Source of the DNA: the human T2T-CHM13v2.0 reference genome, Homo sapiens
Length of the DNA stretch: 64,000 nucleotides
Direction: 5' to 3' (one strand)
Assembly: GCF_009914755.1 (NCBI RefSeq)
Contig: NC_060931.1
Shown here in pieces: positions 37,873 to 50,972 of the stretch. Made by a program: the position numbers and the translations under genes. Every line of letters starts with the position of its first letter. Position 1 is the stretch's first letter. The notes under the pieces are model-generated. The model was not told the origin of the DNA and did not search any database. It saw only the letters and a list, made by a program, of their open reading frames with translations.

Positions 37873-38320
37873 GTAGCCTGGCACGGGGGCCCGCATTCAT
37901 CTCTCCAGGTAGCCTGGCACGGGGGCCCGCATTCATCTCTCCAGGTAGCCTGGCACGGGGAGCCCACATTCATCTCGCCAGGTAGCCTGGCACGGGGGCC
38001 CACATTCACCTCTCCAGGTAGCCTGGCACGGGGGGCCGCATTCATCTCTTCAGGTAGCCTGGCACGGGGAGCCCACATTCATCTCGCCAGGTAGCCTGGC
38101 ACGGGGGCCCACATTCACCTCTCCAGGTAGCCTGGCACGGGGGCCCGCATTCATCTCTCCAGGTAGCCTGGCATGGGGAGCCCACATTCACCTCCCCAGG
38201 TAGCCTGGCACGGGGAGACCACATTCATCTCGCCAGGTAGCCTGGCACAGGGGCCCGCATTCATCTCTCCACGTAGCCTGGCACGGGGGCCCGCATTCAT
38301 CTCTCCAGGTAGCCTGGCAC
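37860..38320 (+). repeat. 36/37-bp minisatellite made of the exon 5 3' end plus splice donor, 13 copies
   Basis: ttcatctctccag|gtagcctggcacgggggcccgca; GT at 37873, 37909, 37945, 37982, 38018, 38054, 38091, 38127, 38163, 38200, 38237, 38273 and 38309. Confidence 0.97.
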
Positions 38321-38887
38321 GTGCCCTGTGCCCCCTTCCACACCAGGGTGCTGACTCACAGTGCTGTTCCCAACCCACCTCCCACGCAGGGGTGCCCTGT
38401 GCCTCCTTCCACACCCGGAGTGCCAGCCCACGGACAGCTTCAAGGTGCCACCATCAGGGTTTAACCAATGTCCTTCTGTGCACAGAGAGACTGTTTCTTC
38501 CATTTCTTTGTTTATTTTAACTGGTGAAACGATTCACTTTTGGGAGGTCCTAGCCTCTCCAGGAAGCCTTCTCCAGGTGGCCCAGCCAGCAAACATCCAT
38601 GGGACCTCCCCACCCGGACTTAAACACACTCAGCAGGACCCCCGTTGTATAGTAACAGGGTGGGCGGCCTCCCCCGCCTCGGCGAAGTGGCTGGACTGTG
38701 AGCAGGGCTGGCCCAGGCCCCTGGTCCCTGGTGCCCTTGAGGGGATACAGGATGGCCTGAACGTTAGGCAGGAATAGATGTCTTTGTTGGTGCTGAGGTT
38801 TATAAAACCTTCAAGACTCTACGTGATAAGTACAGCGCACACATAAACACATGATTTTCTACTTAATTATCTACCCAGGTTGCTTTA

Positions 38888-39352
<465 letters not shown>

Positions 39353-40585
39353 CTATGTTTCCATCTTGAAGGTCAAGAGTGGTCCCAGCGATGGTGGGCC
39401 CTGCAGAATGAAGGGACCCTCACCCCAGGAAACCCTGCAGAGCAAGGTCCCCACTGGGGAGGGGCCCTCCGGATCGGAGGCTCTCACTGTAGGGGGCCTC
39501 AGCCACTCTCCTGGCCCATCTGTTTAATTCATGCAGATAAAATCCAATTAGGGCCCCTGATTAGCTGCGTCTTCAGATTTGCTGGCACATAAAACCTTGA
39601 CCTAAAAGCTCATTTCCTGCAGATGTTTCAGATCGATGTACGGACTCTGCGCTTTCTCTTAATGCATTCATGAATTTGTCAGAACCCGGCCCCCGAATCC
39701 ATGATTTAATTAAGCTCCGTTCCGTCAGCCAGGGCTCACCGAGATCCTCATTTGCTTTCTTCCTCTCAAAGCCCATTAATAAGAGAAAAATAGGACAGAA
39801 AGCTCCACAGAGGCGGGAAGAAGGGCTCCCTTCCCTGGCCCACTGGTGCCTGGCCCTACACACCAGGAATCGGGGCAGAGGCAGAACCTGAGCGTGGGGG
39901 TCTTTGAGGGCTCCCCGGTCAGCTGTGCCTGAGCCAGGCACACCTCCAGTGATGGGGAACGCATTGGCTCACAGACAATTCAGTCCCTGTTTGGATGGCT
40001 TGAGCTGTCCATCTTTTTTAAGGGGCTGAAACTCGCCTCCCCACCCTGGGAGTCCAGGGCTTCCTAAGCACGCCTGAGCTCCGGCCGCTGTCAGCCCTTG
40101 GGTCGACCCTGACCGCACTGTCCAGCCACCGCCTCCTGCCCCACCGTCCACAGGACTGACCGCACTGCAGCCCGCCATGCACACCCTGGTGCCCACGGAG
40201 GCTGGGCTCCGCTCCAGTGATGCCTGGATGCCCGACTGCTTCTTATCCACGTCTTTTTACAATTTTTATTGCAACTTTTAGGGTGATGTATTTCAAAGGT
40301 TCCAAAGACTGACATTCCCCATCCTCAGGTGCCAGCGCCCCATGCAGTGACTGTGGGAATTCCTCCAGCTTAAACTCCATTCTCTGCATTGCAGACCAAG
40401 CTCTCGGTTCAGGACCGATTGAAAGAGACGGTCACAGGGTCACGCAGGGAGGGGTCAATGATGCCCACTGATGCTGAGAACATGCCCTGCCTGGCTCTGC
40501 TCAGAGCAGCATCTCCGGAACTCCTCATTTTGTTGTAAAATGAGCCTGTGGGGGCAGGTCGTTTCCTCCCCGTTTCTAAGGTCTT

Positions 40586-40981
40586 ACTGAGTGGCCGGGC
40601 ACGGCGGCTCACGCCTGCACTGAGTGGCCGGGCACGGCGGCTCACGGCTGCACTGAGTGGCCGGGCACGGCGGCTCACGCCTGCACTGAGTGGCCGGGCA
40701 CGGTGGCTCACACGCCTGCAATCCCAGTACTGGGAGGACCCCTTGAGCCCAGGAGTTCAAGATCAGCCTGGACAACGTAGCGAGACCCCATCTCTACAAA
40801 AAATGAAAAATTAGCCAGGTCTGGTGGCATGCATCTGTGATTCCAGCAACTCAGGAGGCTGAGGCAGGAGGATGGCTTGAGCCCAGCAGGTCTAGGCTGC
40901 AGTGAGCTATGATCGGGCACCACTGCACTCCAGCCTGGGTGACAGAGTGAGACCCCGTCTCAAAAAAAAAAAAGACTGAGT
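40586..40981 (+). mobile_element. Alu (J-type) whose 5' TSD plus head is tandemly repeated 4 times (33-bp unit)
   Basis: actgagtggccgggcacggcggctcacgcctgc at 40586, 40619, 40652 and 40685; actgagt recurs after the poly(A) at 40975. Confidence 0.92.
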
Positions 40982-41572
40982 TGATTATTAGTCCAAGCAG
41001 GTGAATTAAGTCACCTCTATGTCCCATGTTGGCTGACACTTGGAATCCCCAGGTCCTCAGCAGGCCAGGGACGGTGGTCACCGGAGTGCCCCTGAGCTCT
41101 GTGCTGCAAGGCGGCCATCGACCACCTTTGGTGCCGTTGCTGGAATCCCTTCTCACGTCTCCCTGGAGCCAGCACTTTATTAAGCGCTCCAGCAGCTTCC
41201 CTGGCCACTCCTGGTTCTGGATATTAGTTGCGTTTTCCAGGGCAGCGCAAGTTTCTCCCCTGAAATCCAAGACTTCCTCGGCCACCAGAGGCCCCAACAG
41301 TTCCATGTCCCTGCCTGGACAGACGAGTCCTTGAATCTCCCAGAGCAGCCAGGCCCAGCATTGTCAGGCGCCCCTGAACGCAGCCCCTGGAACCCCACTG
41401 CTGCCACTCCAGCCGCGCTGCCCTGTCAGTCCGATTTCTTCCAGAAGCCTCTGTGAGCATTTGACTTTCTCTCAAGCAGCAGGGGCCCAGGAGCCCGGAT
41501 TCCTCTCCTAGAGAACAAAATCTGTTCAGATTCGTTTGCTCCACTTTGCTTTGCATGTGTCTCCCAACCACA

Positions 41573-42020
41573 GATGCCAGGTGACCTCAGAGGCCCTGCC
41601 GGAGCCAAGGGCACATCAGAGGGCTGAGCCCACTGTAGACACCCCCTCGGCCTCCCGACCAAGGATGCCAGGTCATCTCGGAGGCCCTGCCGGAGCCGAG
41701 GGCACATCAGAGGGCTGAGCCCACTGTAGACACCCCCTCGGCCTCCCGACCAAGGATGCCAGGTCATCTCGGAGGCCCTGCCAGAGCCGAGGGCACATCA
41801 GAGGGCTGAGCCCACTGTAGACACCCCCTCGGCCTTCCGACCAAGGATGCCAGGTCATCTCGGAGGCCCTGCTGGAGCCCAGAGCACATTGGAGGGCTGA
41901 GCCCACTGCAGACACCCCCTCGGCCTCCCAACCACGGATGCCAGGTGGTCTCGGAAGCCCTGCTGGAGCCCAGAGCACATTGGAGGGCTGAGCCCACTGC
42001 AGACACCCCCTCGGCCTCCC
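41573..42020. repeat. 91-bp minisatellite, about 5 copies
   Basis: gatgccagg...gagggctgagcccactg(t/c)agacaccccctcggcc; starts at 41573 and 41664. Confidence 0.93.
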
Positions 42021-44029
42021 GTGGCCTGAATGACCCTCCCGTGGGGTCAATCAGAAAAGGGAAAATCCCATCAGCCAGGAACAAGGTGAGGGGGCGAGAG
42101 GTGGCCAAGGCCAGTGCTCGGGGAAGGTGGGCTCTGGGAGGGAGAAGCAGGAGGCTGAGCCCCAGGCAGCCCCCTGCCCCACGTAGGGATTGTGGAGCTC
42201 AGGTTCAGAGAGGGCAATTAGGACCCCAGCACCGCACAGCTGTGTAGGGGCCGGGCCGCAGTCAGAGCCCACATCTTCTAAGCCCCAAACGCTCACAGAA
42301 CACACTCCCCTACTTCTCACGTAAGTTACCGTCTGCACGTTGCAAACGTCCCAGAGGTGCACAGGTCATCCGTGCACAGCTTTGCATTTCTGCAAGGTGA
42401 GCGCCCCCAGGACCAGGCCCAGGTCCTCAGCAGCTCCGGAAGCCACTCAGCCCGACACAGCCTGGACAGAAGGGCTTTGCCATCATCCGCTTCGCCTTTT
42501 TTCCTGCCACGGTGGCCTGGGCTGGGCAGGGCGGTCCTCAGGACTCTCTCCAGTGCTGCGTCCAGCTTAAATGCAGGTTGCAGGAGACACGTTTCCAGCG
42601 ATGGACCCAGTTCGGGCACCCAGAGCCGCTGCCCTAAGTAACAGTGTCCGCCGGGCCCGCAGCTGTCCAGGGCACAGCTGTCCAAGGTGGCAGATGGCAG
42701 ACGTCCGCCTTGCAAAACGCTCCTCCTGCTGGGTCAGCCCCGACACAGTCAGCGAAAGGAATGGTGGGAGACGCTTGAGCCGCAGGGTGAAGGAGCCATC
42801 TTCGTCCTTGCCAGGAGCCACACTCTTGCCTGTCTGCGCTCTCCGGGAGGCCAACCGTGATGCCATTTCCTGGTGACTGGAGGAGGCAGGATCTCTCCTG
42901 GGTTTGTCCGCTACCCTGGCTTTCTCCTTGCTGTTTGTGTCTTTTATTATTACTAAAATGGAAAAGGACTCACGCTCCTTCCTCCCAGAAAGCCCCCACT
43001 CCAAGTGCAGGGCAGCCTTCGTTACCTGGACAGCTGCCTCCCGTGGCTTCCTTGTGTAATTCCCAGCCCGTGATGCCGGCGTTGCTGGGACCCCCGCTTC
43101 CCGGGCGAGGGGCTGGGCACAGAGCAGGGAGGCACTTGCCTGAGGTCACACAGCTCCAAGCCCTCCTAACCCCGCCCGGGAGGCCCCTTTAATACCCGAT
43201 TTGGATCTGCAAAGAGAAATGGCTGTGGGCCCGAGAAATGCCTTTCTCTTTTAACACGATACCATCTGAAACCGGCTTAGGCGAGGACGGGAGGCTGTTA
43301 ACAGCAGACGAATTTTAAGCCTCCAGCCAATGAGCGCTCGGATGAAGATTTTCCTCCTGAAATGGAGCTCCTGCCCCGGTGGGGGCTGCCTCGTCCGACT
43401 GTGGGCTGCCGACTAATCTGTATCAGCACGAGACAGGATTGCAGCTGGTCTTTCCTTGATCGTTCGTTCTTACAATAATGACCCAGCGTTGGCAGTGGGG
43501 TGAGGGGGCGCGGGAAGGAGGGGGCAGGCAGGTGATCGGGGCGTTGGAACCAGACCAGCCGGGACCTGCCGGGTGCGTGGGGTGTGGTGGGGGCCAGGTC
43601 GGCCTGGCACCCACCCCGTTTCCTCTCCGAACCTCAGCTTGTTCAGCTAAGAAAGGGCAGCCGGGACCGGCCACCCTCCTGTTCACTCCGCTGGGAAGCG
43701 CCCTGCCGAACCTGCCTTCTGATCCCACGGGGAGCCTGCCCTGCAGCCAGGAGAGACCCCTGGAATCACTCAGCCTGGCTGCATAGGAATGCTGGGACTG
43801 GGGGAGCTGTGAGTGAGGTTCGGGGCTCCGGCCCCAACAAAACCACGTTCTCACCAGTTCTACAGCCCCAGGCTTTCCAGAGTTTCTCCACAAACAAATA
43901 AAGCAAGAAAAACTAGATTTAATCAGCAAATAAATACAGGAATAGCGCCGTCGGCCGGGCCTCCAGCATCAGAGCAGTGAACCCGCACTGCTAGCGGGCC
44001 TGGACAGCGCTTGCATTTTTCTGATTATT

Positions 44030-44985
44030 CTTTCTTTATTAAGGTATAATTCATGTACCACAAAATTTACCATTTAAAAGCGTACAGTTCCGTGGTTTTT
44101 AGTATATCCACAATGGTGTGCAACCATCACCACTGTCTAAATCCAGAATGTCCTGCTGACCCCAAAAAGGAGCCCCGTACCATGAGCAGGCGGTCACCGT
44201 TCCTCACCCCGCAGCCCTCGACGAGCAGCGTCCCACCCCCAGTCTATCTGGATTTGCCTGTTCTGGGCGTTTCATATTAAGAGGGTCATACGACGTGTGG
44301 CCTCCTCTGTCTGGCCTCCTTCGCGGAGCACAGGGTTCTCGGGTTCAGTGAGGGCTTCATTCCTCTTCTTGTTTCATTTCGTTTCGTGTCATCGCACGGA
44401 TGGACCATGTTCACCTGGCGTGTCCACTCCTCTCTTGATGGACATTTGGGTGGATTCTCTCTTTTTCGGCTGTGGTGAGCGGTGCTGCTGTGAGCATTCG
44501 TGTCTGAGTTTTTGTATAGAAATGTTTTCTCTTCTCTTAGGGGTTTACATGGGAGGGGAGTTCCTGGGTCACGTGGAAACACTGTGTTTAATCAGTTGGG
44601 GGCTGCAGACCGTTTCCGCCGTGGCTGTGCCGTGTGCACCCCCCGCCAGCAGCGCACAGAGGTGGCGGTTCCCCCGTCCCAGCCGGCAGCTGCTCTTTTG
44701 ATGGAAGCCATCCCAGCAGACAGGAGATGGTGCCTCACCGTGGCTTTGATTTGCATCTCCCCGGTGACTCACGATGGCGCCCGTCTCTTCTCATGCTTGT
44801 CGGCCATCAGGGTCGTCTTTGGAGAATCAGCTGTTCAAGCCCTCTGCCCATTTATTAGTTTTTTTTGTCTTTTTGTGATTGAGTGATGAGAGTTCTTCAT
44901 ACACTCTAAATGCTAGATCCTCAGATGTGCGGTTTGCAAACGTTTTCTACCATTCTGTGGATTGTATCTTCACTTTCTTGACAAT
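44030..44985 (-). mobile_element. Old L1 (L1MB-like) 3' end, antisense
   Basis: tttattaaggtataattc...tttaccatttaaaagcgtacagttc..gtggtttttagtatat, gatggacatttggg and gtggctttgatttgcatctccc. Confidence 0.8.
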
Positions 44986-45269
44986 ATGAATGCATTTTTT
45001 AAAAGACTAAATGTTGGCCCTAGGGTTTCCATAGACCAGCCCCTGATTTTCGAGGGTTCAGGCCGGGCTCTGCCTCTGGGGAGCTGTGTGGCCTCGGGAA
45101 GTCAGCTCTGTGGGTTCATTTTTCTGTACCGTGGGGTGGAGGTGTTTGCTGGGATTGATGGGGGAACTGTGGGTGAGTCCTGCCCATGAGAAGCACCAGG
45201 CAGAGCCCGGCCCGGCCTTGGGGGCCGTGAGACCACAGGTGAGGACGCAGCCCTGTGCGGCCCTGGTAA

Positions 45270-45473
<204 letters not shown>

Positions 45474-45680
45474 TGAGTGCGGGGCCGGGGGGCTGGCGTC
45501 CGGCCACCCTACGGCAGAGGGAGCTGGGCCTGGGCGGGCATGGGAGGGTCGGCGCCCACGGGGGTGGCAGAGATGGGTGCAGAGCCTGCTGTGCGATGCT
45601 GGCCTGTGTGAGATGACCGCTTCCTGACGAGACGGTGGCAGAGGGCGTCCTTACTCCAGTATTTCCATGTGCTTCCCTGA

Positions 45681-46391
<711 letters not shown>

Positions 46392-46425
46392 TGAGCTACG
46401 TGGCCCGGCTCCCCACGAGCTGTGA

Positions 46426-46530
<105 letters not shown>

Positions 46531-47169
46531 TGAGCCTGTCCTCGCCCCTGCACACCCAGGGAAGGGCCGGCCACCTCCCAGCTACCTGCAGCCCACCTGA
46601 GACCCTGGGGACGGGGGGAGCAGACCCTCCAGTGGAGGGATGGGAATGTCGCAAAGGCCCATCTCAGAGCCAGATGCAGAGGGCGGCCCCAGGCCCCAAC
46701 CAGGAGGGAGGGCCGCCCCGGGAGTGGGACCTCCGAGGCACAGGAATGCTGCAGACCAAGTCCCGGCAGAGCTGGTGTTACCTGGGAAACGGAGGCCAGG
46801 AGAGGCTGCTGGTAGGAAGAGCAGGACCGTGCAGAATAGATGGGCCTCTGCCTGCACGCGGTACCTGGAGCCAGCCAGCGGGGGATAGGCGGCCTCTGCG
46901 GCCGCTGCTGGCCTGCCACGGGGGGTCTTGGGCGGCGCTGTGAGACCCTGGTTACCAGGGAGGGTGACCCCTAATAAGCAAAGCATGGAGGCGAGTAACT
47001 CGGGCAGGAGGACGTCCATTCCCAGGCTCGGAGGCCTCAGAGAGATGGACTTTGGGCACTTCAATAGCTAAACTGTGGGCTGACGCTCCCTGGAGCCATC
47101 TCAACTCGGCTGCCCAGGACCCTTCCCCAGGCCAGAGGCCAGGACCCCACATACAGGGCTGGGGACAGG

Positions 47170-48660
47170 CGGGGTGGACCCACTGCCTGGGGTGCTGGAG
47201 ATGGGCAGGGTGGACCCACTGCCCGGGGTGCTGGAGATGGGCAGGGTGGACCCACTGCCTGGGGTGCTGGAGATGGGCAGGGTGGACCCACTGCCCGGGG
47301 TGCTGGAGATGGGCTGGGTGGACCCACTGCCCGGGGTGCTGGAGATGGGCTGGGTGGACCCACTGCCCGGGGTGCTGGAGATGGGCTGGGTGGACCCACT
47401 GCCCGGGGTGCTGGAGATGGGCTGGGTGGACACACTGCCCGGGGTGCTGGAGATGCCCGGGGTGGACCCACTGCCCAGGATGCTGGAGATGGGCTGGGTG
47501 GACCCACTGCCCGGGGTGCTGGAGATGGGGCTGGGTGGACCCACTGCCCGGGGTGCTGGAGATGGGCTGGGTGGACACACTGCCCGGGGTGCTGGAGATG
47601 CCCGGGGTGGACCCACTGCCCAGGATGCTGGAGATGGGCTGGGTGGACCCACTGCCCGGGGTGCTGGAGATGGGCTGGGTGGACCCACTGCCCGGGGTGC
47701 TGGAGATGGGCTGGGTGCACACACTGCCTGGGGTGCTGGAGATGCCCGGGGTGGACCCACTGCCCAGGATGCTGGAGATGGGCTGGGTGGACACACTGCC
47801 TGGGGTGCTGGAGATGGGCTGGGTGGACCCACTGCCCGGGGTGTTGGAGATAGGCGGGGTGGACCCACTGCCCAGGATGCTGGAGATGGGCTGGGTGGAC
47901 CCACTGACTGGGGTGCTGGAGATGCCCGGGGTGGACCCACTGCCCGGGTGCTGGAGATAGGCAGGGTGGACCCACTGCCTGGGGTGCTGGAGATGGGGCT
48001 GGGTGGACACACTGCCTGGGGTGCTGGAGATGGGCTGGGTGGACCCACTGCCCGGGGTGTTGGAGATAGGCGGGGTGGACCCACTGCCCAGGATGCTGGA
48101 GATGGGCTGGGTGGACCCACTGACTGGGGTGCTGGAGATGCCCGGGGTGGACCCACTGCCCGGGTGCTGGAGATAGGCAGGGTGGACCCACTGCCTGGGG
48201 TGCTGGAGATGGGGCTGGGTGGACCCACTGCCCGGGGTGTTGGAGATAGGCGGGGTGGACCCACTGACTGGGGTGCTGGAGATGGGTGGGGTGGACCCAC
48301 TGCCTGAGGTGCTGGAGATAGGCAGGGTGGACCCACTGACTGGGGTGCTGGAGATGGGTGGGGTGGACCCACTGCCTGAGGTGCTGGAGATAGGCAGGGT
48401 GGACCCACTGACTGGGGTGCTGGAGATGGGCAGGGTGGACCCACTGCCTGAGGTGCTGGAGATGGGCAGGGTGGACCCACTGCCCGGGGTGCTGGAGATG
48501 CCCGGGGTGGACCCACTGCCCGGGTGCTGGAGATAGGCAGTGTGGACCCACTGCCTGGGGTGCTGGAGATGGGTGGGATGGACCCACTGCCCGGGGTGCT
48601 GGAGATGGGCTGGGTGGACCCACTGCCTGGGGTGTCGGGTACAGGCAGGTGGACCCATGG
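47170..48660. repeat. 36-bp G-rich minisatellite in intron 8, about 41 copies
   Basis: ggtggacccactgcccggggtgctggagatgggctg with 35/37-bp variants. Confidence 0.97.
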
Positions 48661-48734
48661 CCCAGCTCCCAGCCCAGCAGCCTGTTAGGAACCTTGTACA
48701 GGGGCCCTTGACAATTCTGCTTTTCTTCTGGAAG

Positions 48735-48794
48735 GTTTGGGAAGTATTCGCACGACGAGCTCTCCATCCTGGTGCCGCTACAGCAGTGCTGCAG
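48735..48794 (+). CDS. FAM20C: FAM20C coding exon 9 (60 bp): FGKYSHDELSILVPLQQCC(R)
   Basis: Acceptor ttttcttctggaag|G and donor TGCAG|gtacag; phase 2-2, frame continuous. Confidence 0.96.
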
Positions 48795-49276
48795 GTACAG
48801 CCCCTGCCGGAGCCGGCTCCAGCTCCACCCTCCTCCCTACTGCGCAGGAGACAGAGGAGGCCACAGCCTTCCCCACCCCACCCCGGCCATCACATGGGAG
48901 AGAAAAGGCCCCGAATTCAACCACAGCCCCGAATTCAACCCACACCCTCACTCGGCGGCCTGGAGGAGCAGACCTCACCCGCCCACCACCCCAGGCCCAT
49001 CCAGCTCGAGCCCCCTCGGGCCTCCACTCTGTGCCCGTCCTGCCACCCCAGTTACAGAGAGAGCTCGAGGCCAGGGCAGACGCCAGCTGAGACACAGGGA
49101 CCCTGCTCCCGCACGCAGCTGCCGGTCTCTGCCACTGCCACCTTCTGCGGGGGTTCAGACCCCCTTTCCCCCGTTTCATGGCTGGGGACGCAGGCTTGCA
49201 GGGCAAACGCTTTGTACTTCTCTAAGGAGGCATCACAGCGCCCGTGTTGTGCGGATGTGCTGAGCTGGGGTCGGTC

Positions 49277-49357
49277 TCCTGGGTGAGTGGGCCGCCCTCC
49301 TCACCTCCCCATCCTCCTGGGTGAGCGGGCCGCCCTCCTCACCTCCCCATCCTCCTG
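49277..49357. repeat. 38-bp tandem duplication containing GGGTGAG
   Basis: tcctgggtgag(t/c)gggccgccctcctcacctccccatcc x2. Confidence 0.85.
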
Positions 49358-49475
49358 CCGGGCCCCTCTGGGAAATACACCGGCCACCACATCCTGCAAG
49401 GGCACCCTCATCCCTTGTGCAGGTGAGAGGCGGCAGACCACGCCGAAGCAGGTCACACAGCCCGGCGGCTGATGA

Positions 49476-50201
<726 letters not shown>

Positions 50202-50972
50202 TGTCCGCCGGCCGCTGCGCTGCCCGGGACAGAGACAGAGGGGCCGGACCTCCCAGCAAGCGCATGCGCCCGTCGTGAATTCAGTGAATTCAGAGGCAGG
50301 ACGGGATCATCCGGAGTCGGGAGCTGCTGCCACAGGAGGCGAGGCTCCCCAGGTCTCATAGGACACATTTTGTCAGTGTTTGACCAGAAAAGCTTGGGAA
50401 GGAAGCGCTGTCTGTGCTCACGGACAGAGGCGGCCGGCGCCGGAGGCATTCCATCCTTTCTGTAGGGAAAGGAGCCTTTATTTACTATTTTGTATTTATA
50501 TTTGATGAATAAGTATATAAACAGAGACGTGTACACAGATGCCAATCACCTACCAAACCAAACACGAGGACCGCCCTCCCTGGTTCTGGGGGCCCCTCAA
50601 GGCCAAGCTCACCCCTCAAGTGCTCTCACACTCGGGACCTAATTCAAGTAAAAACCCTTTCTCCTTCCTGGGGCCTCGGCTCCTGGAGGGCTGGAGGGTC
50701 TCGTCTGAGGACGGGAGGAGGCTCTCGCTGGACGTCTGGCCTGTGCGCTGGTGGACGGATGCCTACGCGGTTTTGGAGGACCCGATGACCAGGCGTCCTG
50801 CGAGTCCGCCCGCTGGCCTGCAGCACCCACCTCGGACTTGGCTGTGGACGGTTGGTGCAAGTGCATCCTGCAGGGCTGGCTGTGCGCAGCTGTGGGCTGA
50901 CCTTTGCAGAGTTTTGTGGAATAGTTTGCAATGTCATAAAAGTGCAATAAAGGTACAGCAGATGTGTGTCGG
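50202..50972 (+). other. FAM20C: FAM20C 3' UTR (3' end approximate)
   Basis: Runs from the stop codon to about 20 nt past AATAAA, where a GT-rich stretch (gatgtgtgtc) follows. Confidence 0.8.
50946..50951 (+). terminator. FAM20C: Polyadenylation signal AATAAA
   Basis: First canonical AATAAA after the stop codon, with a downstream GU-rich element. Confidence 0.85.

Noticed and set aside
47170-48660. GLI-site array (TGGGTGGAC versus TGGGTGGTC)
   Set aside because: Every copy mismatches the consensus, and G-rich repeats easily produce near matches.
46952-48767. Mucin-like (STPGSGST) and collagen-like ORFs up to 568 aa
   Set aside because: They coincide with the 36-bp intron 8 VNTR, and several frames are open at once, as expected for a repeat artefact.
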